Assembly (NCBI GenBank): GCA_964016885.1
Contig: OZ024743.1
Span: 255,874,001 to 255,938,000 of the forward strand
Direction of reading: 5' to 3'
Origin: Eledone cirrhosa
Lineage: Eukaryota
Length of the DNA stretch: 64,000 nt
In this document: positions 47,359-60,828 of the stretch, piece by piece
How the letters are laid out: each line of letters opens with the position of its first letter
Position numbering within the stretch: the stretch's first letter is position 1
Translations under genes and position numbers: made by a program
The notes under the pieces: model-generated
What the model saw: only the letters and a program-made list of their open reading frames with translations
Database searches by the model: none
Told to the model about the DNA's origin: nothing

Positions 47359-47566
47359 ATATGTATATGTATATGCGTACATTTATATATGTGTATATAT
47401 GTATGTGTGTGTAAGTATGCTTTTGTGTTTTTTTGTTTTTTTTTTGTGTGTGTTTGCATGTGTAGTTTTATTTTATTTTTCCTTTCCTTCTCCCTTTTCC
47501 AGCCTCACTTTCATATAGATTGCATTTTTGTTTTTAGAATCCATATTCAATAAACAAACCAGGATT

Positions 47567-47626
47567 TTTCATTCTGAGGATTGAAAGCAAAACCTTTTGC
47601 TTTTAAGAAACCACTGGTAAATGGAA
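47567..47626 (+). ncRNA. Type I hammerhead ribozyme motif
   Basis: TTTCATT-CTGAGGA-TTGAAAGCAAA..TTTGCTTTTAA-GAAA-CCACTGG-TA-AATGGAA: 7-bp stem I, 11-bp stem II, GUA triplet. Confidence 0.85.
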
Positions 47627-47655
47627 TAATTGCCTTATGTTGTTTATTACATAAT

Positions 47656-47699
<44 letters not shown>

Positions 47700-47704
<5 letters not shown>

Positions 47705-47992
47705 ATTAAATAAATGGAAACTATATTTATAAAACCATATTTATTTCATTATATATATTTCGGGGATATTATCTATAAAACTGTTTATATTGTATTTTGT
47801 CTGAGGAAGGCATAGCATATTGTTAATATGATATCCCCGAAATATATATAATGAAATAAATATGGTTTTATAAATATAGTTTCCATTTATTTAATATTGT
47901 AAATATACTCCAAATATTTGTCGAGTGCTTTTATATCAGTTATAAATATTTACTAGTTGTAACCCAATAATTTTAAATATAACTTTCCATGT
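47700..47992 (+). mobile_element. Solo PLE pseudo-LTR with inverted end and HHR (47793-47858)
   Basis: 47700-47768 is the reverse complement of about 47831-47899. HHR reads TATTTTGT-CTGAGGA-AGG..CCC-GAAA-TATATA-TA-ATGAAATA. Flanked by (TA)n. Confidence 0.8.
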
Positions 47993-48311
47993 ATATATAT
48001 ATATATATATATGAATAAAGTTAGTCCTTCATCAGTGATCTTCGAACCATCATTGGTATTTCATCGATTTAAAGACCATATACCTCCGGTTGGTGCGAGC
48101 AACGGCTAAATAAAGTCGTTGGGACACGTAAATAAAGGGAACACGAGAGTGTAAACAAACAAAGATGGTGAAGCAACGAAAAGTGAGGAAGAAGGAGTCA
48201 AGTCCCAAATTTCCATGAATATAAGTTCGGTGAAATCGTGAACGAGGGGAGAATAAAGACCATCAAACCTGGTTGGAATGTGAGCAAGGAAGGAATTCCG
48301 TACAGGTCTAA

Positions 48312-48702
48312 CGGACCAGCCTTCGCGAATTCGCACTTGGACCAGCCTTCGCGCATGCGCACTTTGCACCAGCCTTCACGCATGCGCACTTCGGACCAGC
48401 CTTTGCGCGTGCGCAGTACGGACCAGTCTTGGCGCATGCGCACTTCGGACCAGCCTTCGTGCATGCGCACATCGCACCAGCCTTCGCGATTGTGCACTTC
48501 GGACCTAACTTCGCGCATGCGCATTACGGACCAGCTTCGCGCATGCGCAGTACGGACCAGCCTTTGCGTATGCTCACTACGTAACAGCCTTCGTGCATTC
48601 ACAGTTTGGATCAGACTTCGCGCATGCGCATAATGGAGTAGCCTTCGCGCATGTGCACTTCGGACCAGGCTTCGCGCATGCGCACTTCGGACCTGACTTC
48701 GC
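48312..48702. repeat. 27-bp GCGCATGCGC minisatellite, inverted relative to 32463-32953
   Basis: Unit TTCGCGCATGCGCACTTCGGACCAGCC, about 14 copies, directly following the MITE left arm at 48009-48312. Confidence 0.92.
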
Positions 48703-48989
48703 CTATATATATGTCTATGTATGAATAGATATATTTGTGTGTGTGTGTCCGTTAGATGTATTATTGCATTTCATGAATTACGCAGAATTTGCAAGTTACT
48801 TCACCCGTGAAGGATTAATGAGATCTTCACTAACTTCGGAAGACGATTTGTTTGTGGTGTGGTAGGGTATGTATGTGTGTGTATACATATATATATGTGT
48901 GAGTGTGTGTCTCTGCATCAGACATAATTTATATGCTATTACATTTAAATATATATATATCTAATCAATGGGCGTACAACAGTGCTTAA

Positions 48990-49733
48990 TCTAAACTATA
49001 ATAAAGTAAGAAGTACGGTTTATAATTGTTTATCACCTTAGTAAAATAAGTTGGATTACTTTGAATAAATAATTGTTTCTACTTTAGGCACAATGCCAGC
49101 AATTACCCAGTACGTTACTGGTACTTTATTTTATCGAGCTCGTAAGGATGAAAGGCAAAGTTAACCTTGGCGGGATTTGAACTCACATCGTAAAGGGACA
49201 TAACTATACTGTAAAGCATGTCAAACACTCTACCAATTCTGCCAATCCACCACCCAATCCACTTTGAATAAATAATTGTTTCTACTTTTGGAACAAGGCC
49301 AGCAATTACCCAATGCATTACTGGTACTTTGAATAAATAATGAATGAATATTACATAATTTATCTACTAAATTACGTGGCTGTTCATTCAATATATTTTA
49401 TTACTTATTTAAAGATTCACTTCTTTAAAATTTTCAAATGTCAACACTTCCTGTTAGCGATCGTTTAAATAAATATTCATATATTTCTGTCACTAATTTT
49501 CTCCTAAAGCAGTTTATATATAATATCGACTTTTTTTAATGTAACATGGATTACGTTACTGACTACAGAAGACAGTGTAACACAGACTTCGTTCAATATC
49601 TGTGTATATTGTCAATTACGATTTTATTTGATGTATCATATCTAGATGCATATATACTGTACTTGCGTATAATATCAATATACACACTACACATGCTAGC
49701 AGAAAACCACCCGAAAGGTGGTTTTTCTGCTAG
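48990..49733 (+). mobile_element. Non-autonomous Helitron-like element with nested SINEs (49072-49328)
   Basis: A|TCTAAACTATAATAAAG start; terminal hairpin AGAAAACCACCCGAAAGGTGGTTTTTCTG followed by CTAG|T. Confidence 0.55.
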
Positions 49734-50597
49734 TTATATAAAAAAAGAGTTAATAAATAAATAAAGTTAATAAATAAATAAAGAGTTAAAAATAAATATT
49801 ACATTATACTTGTTTTACCCTCCCATTTCCAATTCACAGAACGTTGCTATCATGACTGTATGTGTGTGTTTGTGTAAATGTATATGTGTGGAAGTATGTG
49901 TATTTATCTGAATGTATGTCCGTCAGGGTGTATTTTTATAAGTTTGTGTTTGCGCGATTATAGTTATATACTCATAATATTTATTTACTCATACATATAG
50001 ATGTATGTGCACAATCATAAGCGTCAGTTTGTAGAAAATCATAATCACTCTATCTCTCTCTATCATCACAAACTCTCTCTTTCCATATATATGGTAGTTG
50101 AAGTGGTGGTGGCGACGATATACCGGAAGTGTAGAAATTTGAAACTTTGAAAAGAAGTCAATTTTAAATTATTTATATTTACGAAATGTTGTACATAAAT
50201 TATGTAATATTCATTCATTATTTATTCAAAGTAATCCAACTTATTTTACTAACTGGATTAAAATAATTAAACCGTACGCACTCCCGCCCTCCTTACTTTA
50301 TTATAGTTTACATAGATTACAGTTTAAGCAAAGAATTTCTGCTTTTACACGAAACAGGATGTTCTGAAACTGAGAAAAATCAATCTGTAGACGCAGAAAT
50401 TCAATATAGCCTTTATCTAGAGTCATAAAGATAATCACATCCGATATAGGTTTAACTGGGAGATCTTAGCTAAAGCTAGATCCTATAACAAAAATAAAAG
50501 ACCGTGTGATCTTTATATATATATATATATCAGGGGCGAAGGGTGCGTGCATGCAACGCATGCAGTGCATGCGTTATAGAATCTTGAGTTGATCAAT

Positions 50598-50656
50598 TGC
50601 GTCGGTTGAAGCAAGCAGAATTTTGGCCGTTTGCTAAATCGTAGACACATAAAAAG

Positions 50657-50721
<65 letters not shown>

Positions 50722-50992
50722 ACAAACACACGACAGCGTCGGTTGAAGCAAGCATAATTTTGGCTGCTTGCTAAATAGTAGACACATAAAAAGATAACAC
50801 ACATACACACAGACATACATACACACAAACACACGACAGCCTCGGTTGAAGCAAGCATAGTTTTGGCTGCTTACTAAATCGTAGACACATAAAAAGATAA
50901 CACACACTTACACACATACACACAACACACGACAGCCTCGGTTGAAGCAAGCAGAATTTTGGCTGATTGCTAAAGCGTAGACACATAAAAAG

Positions 50993-51046
<54 letters not shown>
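50598..51046. repeat. Four-copy minisatellite with variable (CA)n spacers
   Basis: Core of about 62 bp, TCGGTTGAAGCAAGCAGAATTTTGGC..TGCTAAATCGTAGACACATAAAAAGATAA, each followed by (CA)n of different length. Confidence 0.88.
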
Positions 51047-51050
<4 letters not shown>

Positions 51051-51212
51051 ATAACACTACATGCGGCTTTTAGCGAGAGGGTCATTTAGAGGGAATTGAG
51101 GGGGGGGGGTGTTAAGGCGGCACAGCCCCACTTTCCGGCATGGCGATTGGACTGCATGCCCTGCTTTCCAGGTTACCCTTCGCAATGATATATATATACA
51201 TATATATATATA

Positions 51213-53150
51213 GTTGGTGGTAGAACACTGGAAGGTAATATCCGTAGTGGTAGAGCACTCACTCCATGGGACGAGTTAGGTAGAAGTGTTTACACAACTG
51301 TTAATTCACTATACCGAGAACAATTGTTTCACCTTAGCGGATCTTCATGGTTATGGACATGGTTATACGGAACAGAAAGGGCAACCGTACGAACGCGCAT
51401 GCGCAGAAACCGGTCACTTCACACAGGCAATACTAAAATGCGTGCGAGAGGTGTAAGGGAGATAACTGTGAAAGTCCGAAAAGTTTTTAGTTGATAAGGA
51501 AATAATGATGTTGTTGTAATGATTCACTCCGGAGGTTTGTAGTTATGCAAGAGGTGTTTCGAGACGTGTCGACAACGTGTGAAGAATTCATTTCTCGTGT
51601 TTAGGCAATCACTATTGCATAATCTCTTTAGAATATTTATTCGTTCATCAATACATAGTCCACACGACGGATTTCCCCTTGCGTATGGCTTGGACTTAGT
51701 GATGGCTTTCCATTGAGTGGAGTAGTCTATATCTGAGTCCTTGAGAGACCATACGTGGCTCGCAAGTTTCGTGTATGAACATCTGTCCGGGTACCTAAAG
51801 GTCGACTGGTGGTTCAGGAAACGTTCCTTAAATCGGCCCTCCGCCATGCCCACATAGGATTTGACATCCTGTGGTTGGTTTGGTCATTTGGAAGTGACCA
51901 TAGCTTCATAATTTACAGCGGGTGTGTGGCATTGCTGTTGAAGGGGACAAGCTTCGGGCTTACGGCAAGAGCACCCTGGTGGGGTGTTGCTCCTAGGGAT
52001 GCTGGTGATGTGGGCCTTCATATTCTTAGCGCAGGAGTATCCTAGTTTTACTTTGTGTCGGTTAAAGATGGAGCGGTATTTATGACCTATGTGAAAGTTT
52101 CTATCTAAGCGGGCTAGAAACTTAATGCCTACATTGGTTTTAACGTTGAGTGAGAAGGGAGGAGAGAACCAGATAGTTTGTGTATTGTTATGTTTTCTTT
52201 TCTTATTGTTGTTGTTGATAGTGGGAGAGTAAGTGATAGGTTGCTAGAAGCCGCTGTTAGCTAACGCCGTGTTATAGTAGGGAGCCGCCCTGTCAAAGTT
52301 AGCCTTATTAGAGGAGAGGCTTGAGATTCTAGTACTGATATTATTTACGAAGTTTCTAAAAATAGTGGGAGGGTGGCATGAGTCCTTGTGAATGTAGTTG
52401 AGTTTTTCGTTTAGCTTATGGAAGGGTCTGTGGGGGTGTGTGCGAAGGTCTAAATTAATGTCTAAGAAATCTACGCTAGAGAGGTTGGTAGTCACTGTTA
52501 TCCTAAGTCCTAACTCATTGAAGGTAGAAGCTAAGTCTTTTTTAAACCGGTCGAGATCGTAACCACTTTTATGGCTCGATAAAGTCAGTCCATCGTCACG
52601 GTATATTCCCGTGTGGAAGTCTGGGAATCTAACACGTAATATGTCTAAAATAAATAGGCCAATCAAGTCGCATACGTCAGCACTGTCAAACGATCCCATG
52701 GAGACGTCGAATAGGTCTGAAGTTGTAGACTTCTTTGCCCAGGCTACTCCGTCGTTGAAGAGGAGGATTTTCCGGCAGTGGGCGATGATTTCCCTGTCTA
52801 AACCATTAAGGGTGGTGTAAGTGGTAGCGAAGTCCAACGCTTTGTTTAACAGGTTCTCTGAGATCGACGGGTAAAAATCGACAATGTCAAACTGTGTGAA
52901 CTTCGCTTTTTTGGATTTTAAGGAGTTAAACCACTTAATTACGGAGTCGCTGTTCTCCCACTGGGGCAGGTTGGACTTAGTCCTAATGGTCTTAACTATA
53001 TTTCTATGTATGGCCTTACTGACTAGTCCCATAGCTGTGCGTTCGGGGTTTATTAGTCTACACGTGGGATTAGAAGTAAAGTCTACCTTGTGATCTTTCA
53101 GGGTGAGGAACGCCTCCCGCTTAGCTAGAGATTGTAGCCTCTTATCTATT
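51213..53150 (-). mobile_element. 5'-truncated Penelope-like retroelement (RT + GIY-YIG endonuclease + 3' pseudo-LTR), decayed
   Basis: RT motifs FDIVDFYPSI, SMGSFDSADVCDLIG and IYRDD (52244-53032). Linker CSCRKPEACPLQQQC. Endonuclease YVGMAEGRFKERFLNH..CGLCIDE..LNTRNE..CRH (51524 to about 51950). Premature stops at 52244 and about 51890. HHR at 51315-51348 with core ATGAAGA (C3 mutated). Confidence 0.93.
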
Positions 53151-53154
53151 TATA

Positions 53155-53528
53155 GCCCTCTTAGATAGAAACATTCCCATAGGTCATAAATACCGCTCCA
53201 TCTTTAACCGACACAATGTAAAACTAGGATACTCCTGCGCTAAGAACATGAAGGCCCACATCACCAGCAGCCCTAGGAGCAACACCCCACCAGGGCGCTC
53301 TTGCCATAAGCCCGAAGCTTGTCCCCTTCAACAGCAATGCAACACACCCGCTGTAATTTATGAAGCTGTGGTCACTTCCAACCGACCAAACCAACCACAG
53401 GAGGTCAAATTTTATGTGGGCATGGCGGAGGGCCGATTTAAGGAACGGTTTCTGCGCATTCGCGTTCGTACGGTTGTCCTTCATGTTCCCTATAATCATG
53501 TCCATTACGAGCTGAAGATCCGCTAAGG
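53155..53528 (+). mobile_element. Inverted, internally deleted PLE segment ending inside the HHR
   Basis: Reverse complement of about 51820-52115 joined to about 51333-51412. It ends ACGAG-CTGAAGA-TCCGCTAAGG (intact HHR 5' half). Confidence 0.88.
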
Positions 53529-53707
53529 ATATTTCTGGACTAATAGTCCAGAAATAGCTGTCGAAACAGCTTGAGCTCTGCCGTCTGGGTCATACTTTCT
53601 CTTATTACCCACTCTACTACTCTACTAAGTATTGAGTACTCTGGTGCGTTATGTTCCATCTGGTTCCTTACCACAACTCCTTCGTTATATATATATATAT
53701 ATATATA

Positions 53708-54062
53708 CAATGTCAACTCTGGATGTCGGTGAGCATGTCCAGCTAACCTCAGTCTCCTCTGTGTCACTTTTGAGCTGACATTTGGGATGCTCCCATACAG
53801 CTCTGAGTTTTTCATCCTCAGTGTATACTGATTAATGTTCAGAGCCCTCTTCAGCATTCTCGTGTAGCACCCATCCACCATCTCCTGTGGGAGCCCCTAC
53901 ATGGACACACTACAAGAGGAAGACCAAGGTTAACGTATGTTGATGCCCTAAGGACAGACACTGGTCTGTTGGAGACGCAGGACATGGCAGCGATAATGAG
54001 GGACAGAGACCGCTGGAGAGAACTCGTCCATGGATCTCGGGAATTTTACCCGCCTTAGATAG
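53708..54062. mobile_element. RTE/RTE-X-like LINE 3' fragment with 5' inversion
   Basis: Minus 53881-53708 reads DGCYTRMLKRALN..RRLRLAGHAHRHPELT. Plus 53883-54058 reads LLWEPLHGHTTRGRPRLTYVDALRTDTG..RDRDRWRELV. Inserted in (TA)n. Confidence 0.8.
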
Positions 54063-54849
54063 ATATATATATACAGTTTATTTTTCTAGGTACATATAGC
54101 CATAAAGAACTCATATTTGTAAATCTAACACCATTAAATGCTTGCACATTAAAGTTACTACTGTTTAGCGTAGGTGTTATTTGCTTTCATTTATATAAAT
54201 TCATTTACTTATATTCATTCATACCTAAATATTCTGCCAAATTAGGTGTGGCCGAGAAAGTCAGTTTAACTTTATTTTTGTTTATTATGCTATTATACTT
54301 ATATACCCAGAGAGTCAATTTTTTCTACAATTCTAAAGAATATCCCAGGTATATGGGATGGATGCTATTTGTATGGCGTATGGAGGATTAAACCATATAC
54401 ATTTTTTCCTTCTATTACTTTTTCTATTATTTAATTGATTAGTGGAATTATTGATTGTCGGAAGATTTTCATATATATATCTTCATTGAAATTATAGTTT
54501 TTTTCGATTATTGTTCTTATAATAATTAGGTTTGGATATAAATAATGTGAATTAGGTTTAGATATAAATTATGTGGATAGAAACAACCACCTCTATACTA
54601 ATAAAAATAATAATGCCATGATAAATAGTAGAAATGGGAGTGATAATAAAAAAAACTATAATTTTAATGAAGGTATTACGTATATGAACCCAGCTGAAAA
54701 TCGTATGACAGTCAATAATTCCACTAATCAATTAAATAATAGAAACATGAATGAAGAAACAAAACAACCTCAAACAATATCTAATAGGCACAATAATACT
54801 AGTAATTTTAATGTACATAATAGTGAGTGCATGAATAAAGTTAAAAATC

Positions 54850-55200
54850 TGCGAAATAACTGTAACTGTAGGATACCAGACCCTTGGAAGTGATTGTCTT
54901 AAAGGTAACATAATATATAAATGTGAAGTTTTTGCTAATAGTAAAACATTTAACTATATCAGTGCTGCTGCAAATAAGTTTAAAAGAAAATATTATGCAC
55001 ATATACACTCATTTAAGAATGAAAAATTAAGTAATTCCACCCCTTTAACTAAACTCGATTATTTCATAAAAGAGTATATTCAATGTTCTTTAATATGGAG
55101 TATTATTAATTCGGTAACGTTCTGTAGTGGGGGTAGAACAGTGTGTAATGGTTGCTTGACAGAAGCATTGGAAATAATAACCTCACCTTGTAAACTAATT
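54850..55200 (+). pseudogene. Degenerate PLE GIY-YIG endonuclease
   Basis: CNCRIPDPWK, then after a frameshift CLKGNIIYKCEV..NYISAAANKFKRKYYAHIHSFKNEK..CNGCLTEA. Similar to the endonuclease at 62537-62960. Confidence 0.8.
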
Positions 55201-55523
55201 AAGTATCCCGTCTTTTCATCTTACGATACTTATTTTTTCGCACTAGCGACAAGGCTCAGCCTTCCCGTTGATTCTAATAATCCGTATTATTTTTCATACC
55301 ATAGACACGGTGTTAGTGTCAAAAAGATGAATTTACATATCGCTAGATAACTAACCCTGAGCATGTCTGCATACTTGTGTGCGTGTGTGCTTGCATGTAT
55401 TATATACAGGTATGTACATATGTATATACGCTTATGCGCTGCATGTATGTACATATATTCATGCGTATATACAGAGACGTATAAATGTATAAAATTAAGT
55501 TTTTGTTTGCAAATTTATACACA

Positions 55524-55595
<72 letters not shown>

Positions 55596-56943
55596 TATAT
55601 ATATATATATATTATATATATATATGTGTGTGTATGAGGGGTTTATTTGCGTGTGTATACATGTATATATATATATATATGAGTATTATGGGCACGTAGT
55701 TTGTACAAGCGTATAATGGCGCTACATGTACAAATATGAGTTATTTGTGGCTATGTGTACCTTGTCAAATAAACTAATACATATACTTAACTTGAAATAC
55801 ACGCTGGTAACCTTTAGATAATCTTACCCAATTCGGACTTCCAGAAAATGTTATAACATTAACACTTATATTACCGTTTACTGAGGTTGAATTCGATTGT
55901 AATTCACTGAATAAAAAATAGTGTATATGCACTAACTACAGTCATATAGTCAGAACAGGAGTGCTGAAAATACCTGTCAGACCAACTATTGAGAACAGTA
56001 CTGTTAAATAAATCCTGCAATCTCCAACCATCCATAGCTTTAACAAAAAGCCTTGTTTACATTCTCGACGCTTCAGACAGGATGGCGCACACACATGGTC
56101 GTTAAATAAATACCTTTTATATGTTATATATAATTGATTCTGATGATTTTTTTACAAAGGTATTGAAAATAGCATCCTTTGGAGAATGAAGCATATGTAA
56201 ATCAAATAAATAATATATTAATTGTTAAACCTTGATGATCTATTTTTTTGTGTTTATATATGCACTGAGATTTACAAATTTTCGATGATTGGTAGTATAC
56301 TAACCGGATTTATTTCTGCACAACCTGTTACTAATCTGGATATAAATAAAGAGAAGAGAAAAGTGCGAATGAGATCGATGGAGAATATCTTTTGGAGAAT
56401 TGGGGAAAATAATGGTGAAAAGATAAAGAAAGTAAACTAACAAGAAAAATAGAACTTTAGCATCATATGAACTCTTCAGCTTCTTTCTGAACCACATGGT
56501 TTCTCGCGGTAAAAAGGAAGGAACTTGTATATAAGGCTAGCCCGTGCAATAGAACCTAAATTTCTATTATTCAGACGCTGGAATAGGAGAACGAGAGCAG
56601 TGGGAGACATCTATACCAAGCTGTGGTCGACAAGAAAAGAGGCGGATTGTTAATCTGACGGGACGAGCAACAGCAGTAGGCGTCAAGAGAGCGGAAGTAT
56701 CATGAGCAGCAGTGGTTATAACATAGGAGAGATGCACTTTTCTCTTCTCTTTTTCTATATCCCTCTCATTTCTCATCTCTTTCTTCCTTTCTCTTCCACT
56801 CTCCATTTAATATGTGGTTATATCTTAACTCGCCATTTTATTATACATATAGTAATCTGTTTACAGCTATCCATTGCGCTGAGAATCTTACAGTTTTATG
56901 AAAATTCATATACACCTATCGTTTCAAACATTTTCAGTTAATG

Positions 56944-57051
<108 letters not shown>

Positions 57052-58311
57052 ATATATATACGAAATCCCACTACCACAACATGCTTCGCGCACCTCTAGC
57101 AGTGTAATACCATGCCACATATTACCTTACTTAATGATAACCGAAATAAATTCCAGAAACAGAGTACGCATACAATTTTAGTAGTGTGGTGGAATAATAA
57201 AACATATTAATTAGAGTTATCAATGAAATGAATACAACTATCAACCGATTAATAAGTCACATCAATTACTTTTGGGTTCCAAATAATAGAGGGGGATGGA
57301 ATAAGCAGACGGGTTGAAAAATCGATAATTTTTCAATGTTGTTTCTGTTGATTAAAAAAAACTAAAACAGAATTACTCAGTTACTTTACATATTGAGACC
57401 CCAAGCCATCCTATGTATTTTATGTAATTGTTCTGGTATAATGTTATTTTAATGGATGAAAAAATTAATTATCAGGGAATGCTACCGTCTAAAATAAAAT
57501 TTTGCCGGACATAGATTAGCAAAATGCAATAAGCGGAGGTGGGGTGACTTTTCGAGACCCGAGAGTATTAAAAAACTATTGATATATCCCCAAAGCAATG
57601 CTGATTTTACCAATACCAAACTATTAGTATCAGCTATGTTAATAAGTTCATAATCCAACAGTTAGGTGTATAATACGGAATTGGCATAGGATTTTCATTG
57701 AATTCTTCTAGTAAACAGCAGGAAAAAATAGGATATTTTTCAAACATCTGACATGCTAGCAGGAATTAGCTCTGCTTTCGTATATATATATATATATATA
57801 ACAAATTATAAAGTAAGAAGAATTAATAGACACAGATATATACCTATTTTTTCCTCAATATCCCGACTGTACAGTTTCGCTGGTCAGTATGCAACAATTT
57901 TACATTATAGAGGTGTAACATTGTTGTGAGGCAAACCAGTTTCTCAACGGAACTCATCAGGGAAAGAGCGCTTTCCAGATACGTTCGTAGCAAGCGAGAA
58001 AATCTCAAAAGAGCTGAGGGAGAGATTATCTCGTGATAAACCGGTCATATATATATACATATATATATAATGAGGAAAATGCTTAGTTGTAGATGTTAAA
58101 GAGCCCTTTATTAATAAGGCAGTGATAAATATTTCAATGACGATCTGGGTCACTTGGTTATTTCACCAATATCATGATTTAATCAGACAGCTAAATTAAG
58201 TGAAAGTTACGTTTCCGAGGCAAGCATGGTTGCAAGGGAGGATAGTAAAAAGGTATGTTTTTGCTGGGTTTGTCCGTTGATTCCTTGAATGGAATTTCCT
58301 CCATGTCTACC

Positions 58312-58384
<73 letters not shown>

Positions 58385-58390
<6 letters not shown>

Positions 58391-58592
58391 AAAATAACAG
58401 ATTAAAGTTTAAGCAAAGAATCGCTGCTTTCACCCTTAACGGGAGATCCCGTTAAGGGTGAAAGCAGCGATTCTTTGCTTAAACTTTAATCTGTTATTTT
58501 AATAAGTATTTGCTCTACGGTTCTTATATATTTGATATATATTTATCCTTATCGAGCCCTCTTTGGATTTTAGTCTTCAAATTTATTATTAT

Positions 58593-58596
<4 letters not shown>
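58385..58596. mobile_element. Palindrome of about 120 bp plus tail in (TA)n: probable PLE pseudo-LTR with inverted end
   Basis: TTAAAATAACAGATTAAAGTTTAAGCAAAGAATCGCTGCTTTCACCCTTAACGGGA-GA-TCCCGTTAAGGGTGAAAGC... has perfect arms. A related sequence lies at 50313-50346. Confidence 0.7.
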
Positions 58597-58647
<51 letters not shown>

Positions 58648-58648
58648 C

Positions 58649-58719
<71 letters not shown>

Positions 58720-58904
58720 GATAAATCTACCAAGAGTTTACGGTAGTGTCCAATCCGTATGAAGAACTCAATGTATTCCGGATATCATGGAAAGAAGAGA
58801 TGTAATGAAAAACCACTTTCGGTGAAAGATAAACGGTATACAGAGTCAAGATAAAATATTAAACAAATAATGAATAAACAATTCCTTATATTAAACAAAA
58901 AAAG

Positions 58905-59059
58905 TTCATTATTTAACGATCGTTTCTAGGATATATATGTGTTATAATTGGTATGCATATTCAACAGATCTATGTACAAAATTATACAAAATTATACAAA
59001 TTATCAAGATTAAATATACATACCAAACACATATATACGCCGTCTTCAGAAATAATGAA
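58905..59059 (-). ncRNA. Type I hammerhead ribozyme with a very long stem II
   Basis: Minus strand TTCATTATTT-CTGAAGA-(116 nt with TATATATGTGTT/AACACATATATA and TTGGTATG/CATACCAA pairing)-GAAA-CGATCG-TT-AAATAATGAA. Perfect 10-bp stem I, palindromic stem III, GUU triplet. Confidence 0.82.
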
Positions 59060-59559
59060 GTATATTTATTGATAATAACAACAATTCAAAATTTCAGTTC
59101 AAAATTGACCAATGAAAACACAAAGGGTTAAATGCAGTTCGGTGTGTGTATATACATGTAAAACCCTTACACATATTTTACAAAAATGTATGTATAATTT
59201 GTATACGCATACTAAAAGGATGGATGCAAATACAAAATTTCAAGGTTAATGTCTCTGTAAGCTTACAATGCGCAGATAAGATGCGCATTGATACTTATGA
59301 AATCAAGTATATAAATATATTTTTTCATACTCACACATATCAGTACAATCACACATACACGCGCGTATATGCATAAATATACACATAACCACGAACATAC
59401 AAACACACACACACCCCCACTCACATTTATATATGTGGATATAAAATCATAAGCACATGGATATTAATTCACTCACATAAAACACTGGCACACACATTTC
59501 TAGATCAAGATACAGAAATTAGGTGGGAGGGGGGGGGGGGGGAGGGGTCAGTATTCAAC

Positions 59560-59882
59560 TGTCTGAGCAAACTGCTTAATATAAATGTATCTATAAATTA
59601 AGAAGAATAAAAAAATAAAACAATAAAATATAATAAATATAATATAATATACATACACATACAGATATATACACATACATACATGTACGCACACATAGAA
59701 ATATTTACGCATACACACATACACACATACATATACAGTCATACACACACATACACTTACACGAACATACACATACACATATATAAAGATATATATATAT
59801 ACACACACACACACACGCAACACATACACACATACACATATATATAAAAATAAATAATAAAGATATATACCTATATATATAT

Positions 59883-59925
<43 letters not shown>

Positions 59926-60345
59926 CACACACATACATCTAAATATACATACACATACATACACACATACATGTACATACATGTACATACATATACGCAC
60001 ATCGATATACATATATATATATACATATATATATATACACACACATAGACATGTAGATACATACACACACAACTTACATACACACATATATATACACATG
60101 TATATTCATACATAGAATTAGATATATAATCATACATACATATGCACTTACTTATACTCATATATACAAATACATACGCATCCATATATGCGTATATACA
60201 TAAAAAATCACTACAACCTCACCTAACTCAGACATACAAATAAAAATAATAATAAAAAGGCCTATGTATATACATACACACACGCATTAATAGAGATATA
60301 TATATACACACATACATACACATATATATATATATATATATACAC

Positions 60346-60379
<34 letters not shown>

Positions 60380-60387
60380 ACTCATAC

Positions 60388-60418
<31 letters not shown>

Positions 60419-60486
60419 GATATCCACACACTCATACCACCATAAATACACATACAAACACCCACATATATATATATATACACACG

Positions 60487-60518
<32 letters not shown>

Positions 60519-60639
60519 TAAAAAACAGATATGCACATATATATATATATATTTTTACACTTATATATACACATATTATATACACATACACAACCTCACT
60601 TATACACACATACACATAAGTTATATTATAATAATAAAG

Positions 60640-60678
<39 letters not shown>

Positions 60679-60780
60679 TACATATATATACATACATATA
60701 TACACATACATACATACATATAAACATATACATACATAAATACACACATACGAATAAAGACATATATTCACACATAGACA

Positions 60781-60828
<48 letters not shown>

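Noticed and set aside
50598-51046. Repeat-spacer pattern resembling a CRISPR array
   Set aside because: The spacers are (CA)n, the repeats are about 62 bp and degenerate, the context is eukaryotic and there are no cas genes.
57930-58050. HHR-like cores on both strands
   Set aside because: No stem I pairing could be found.
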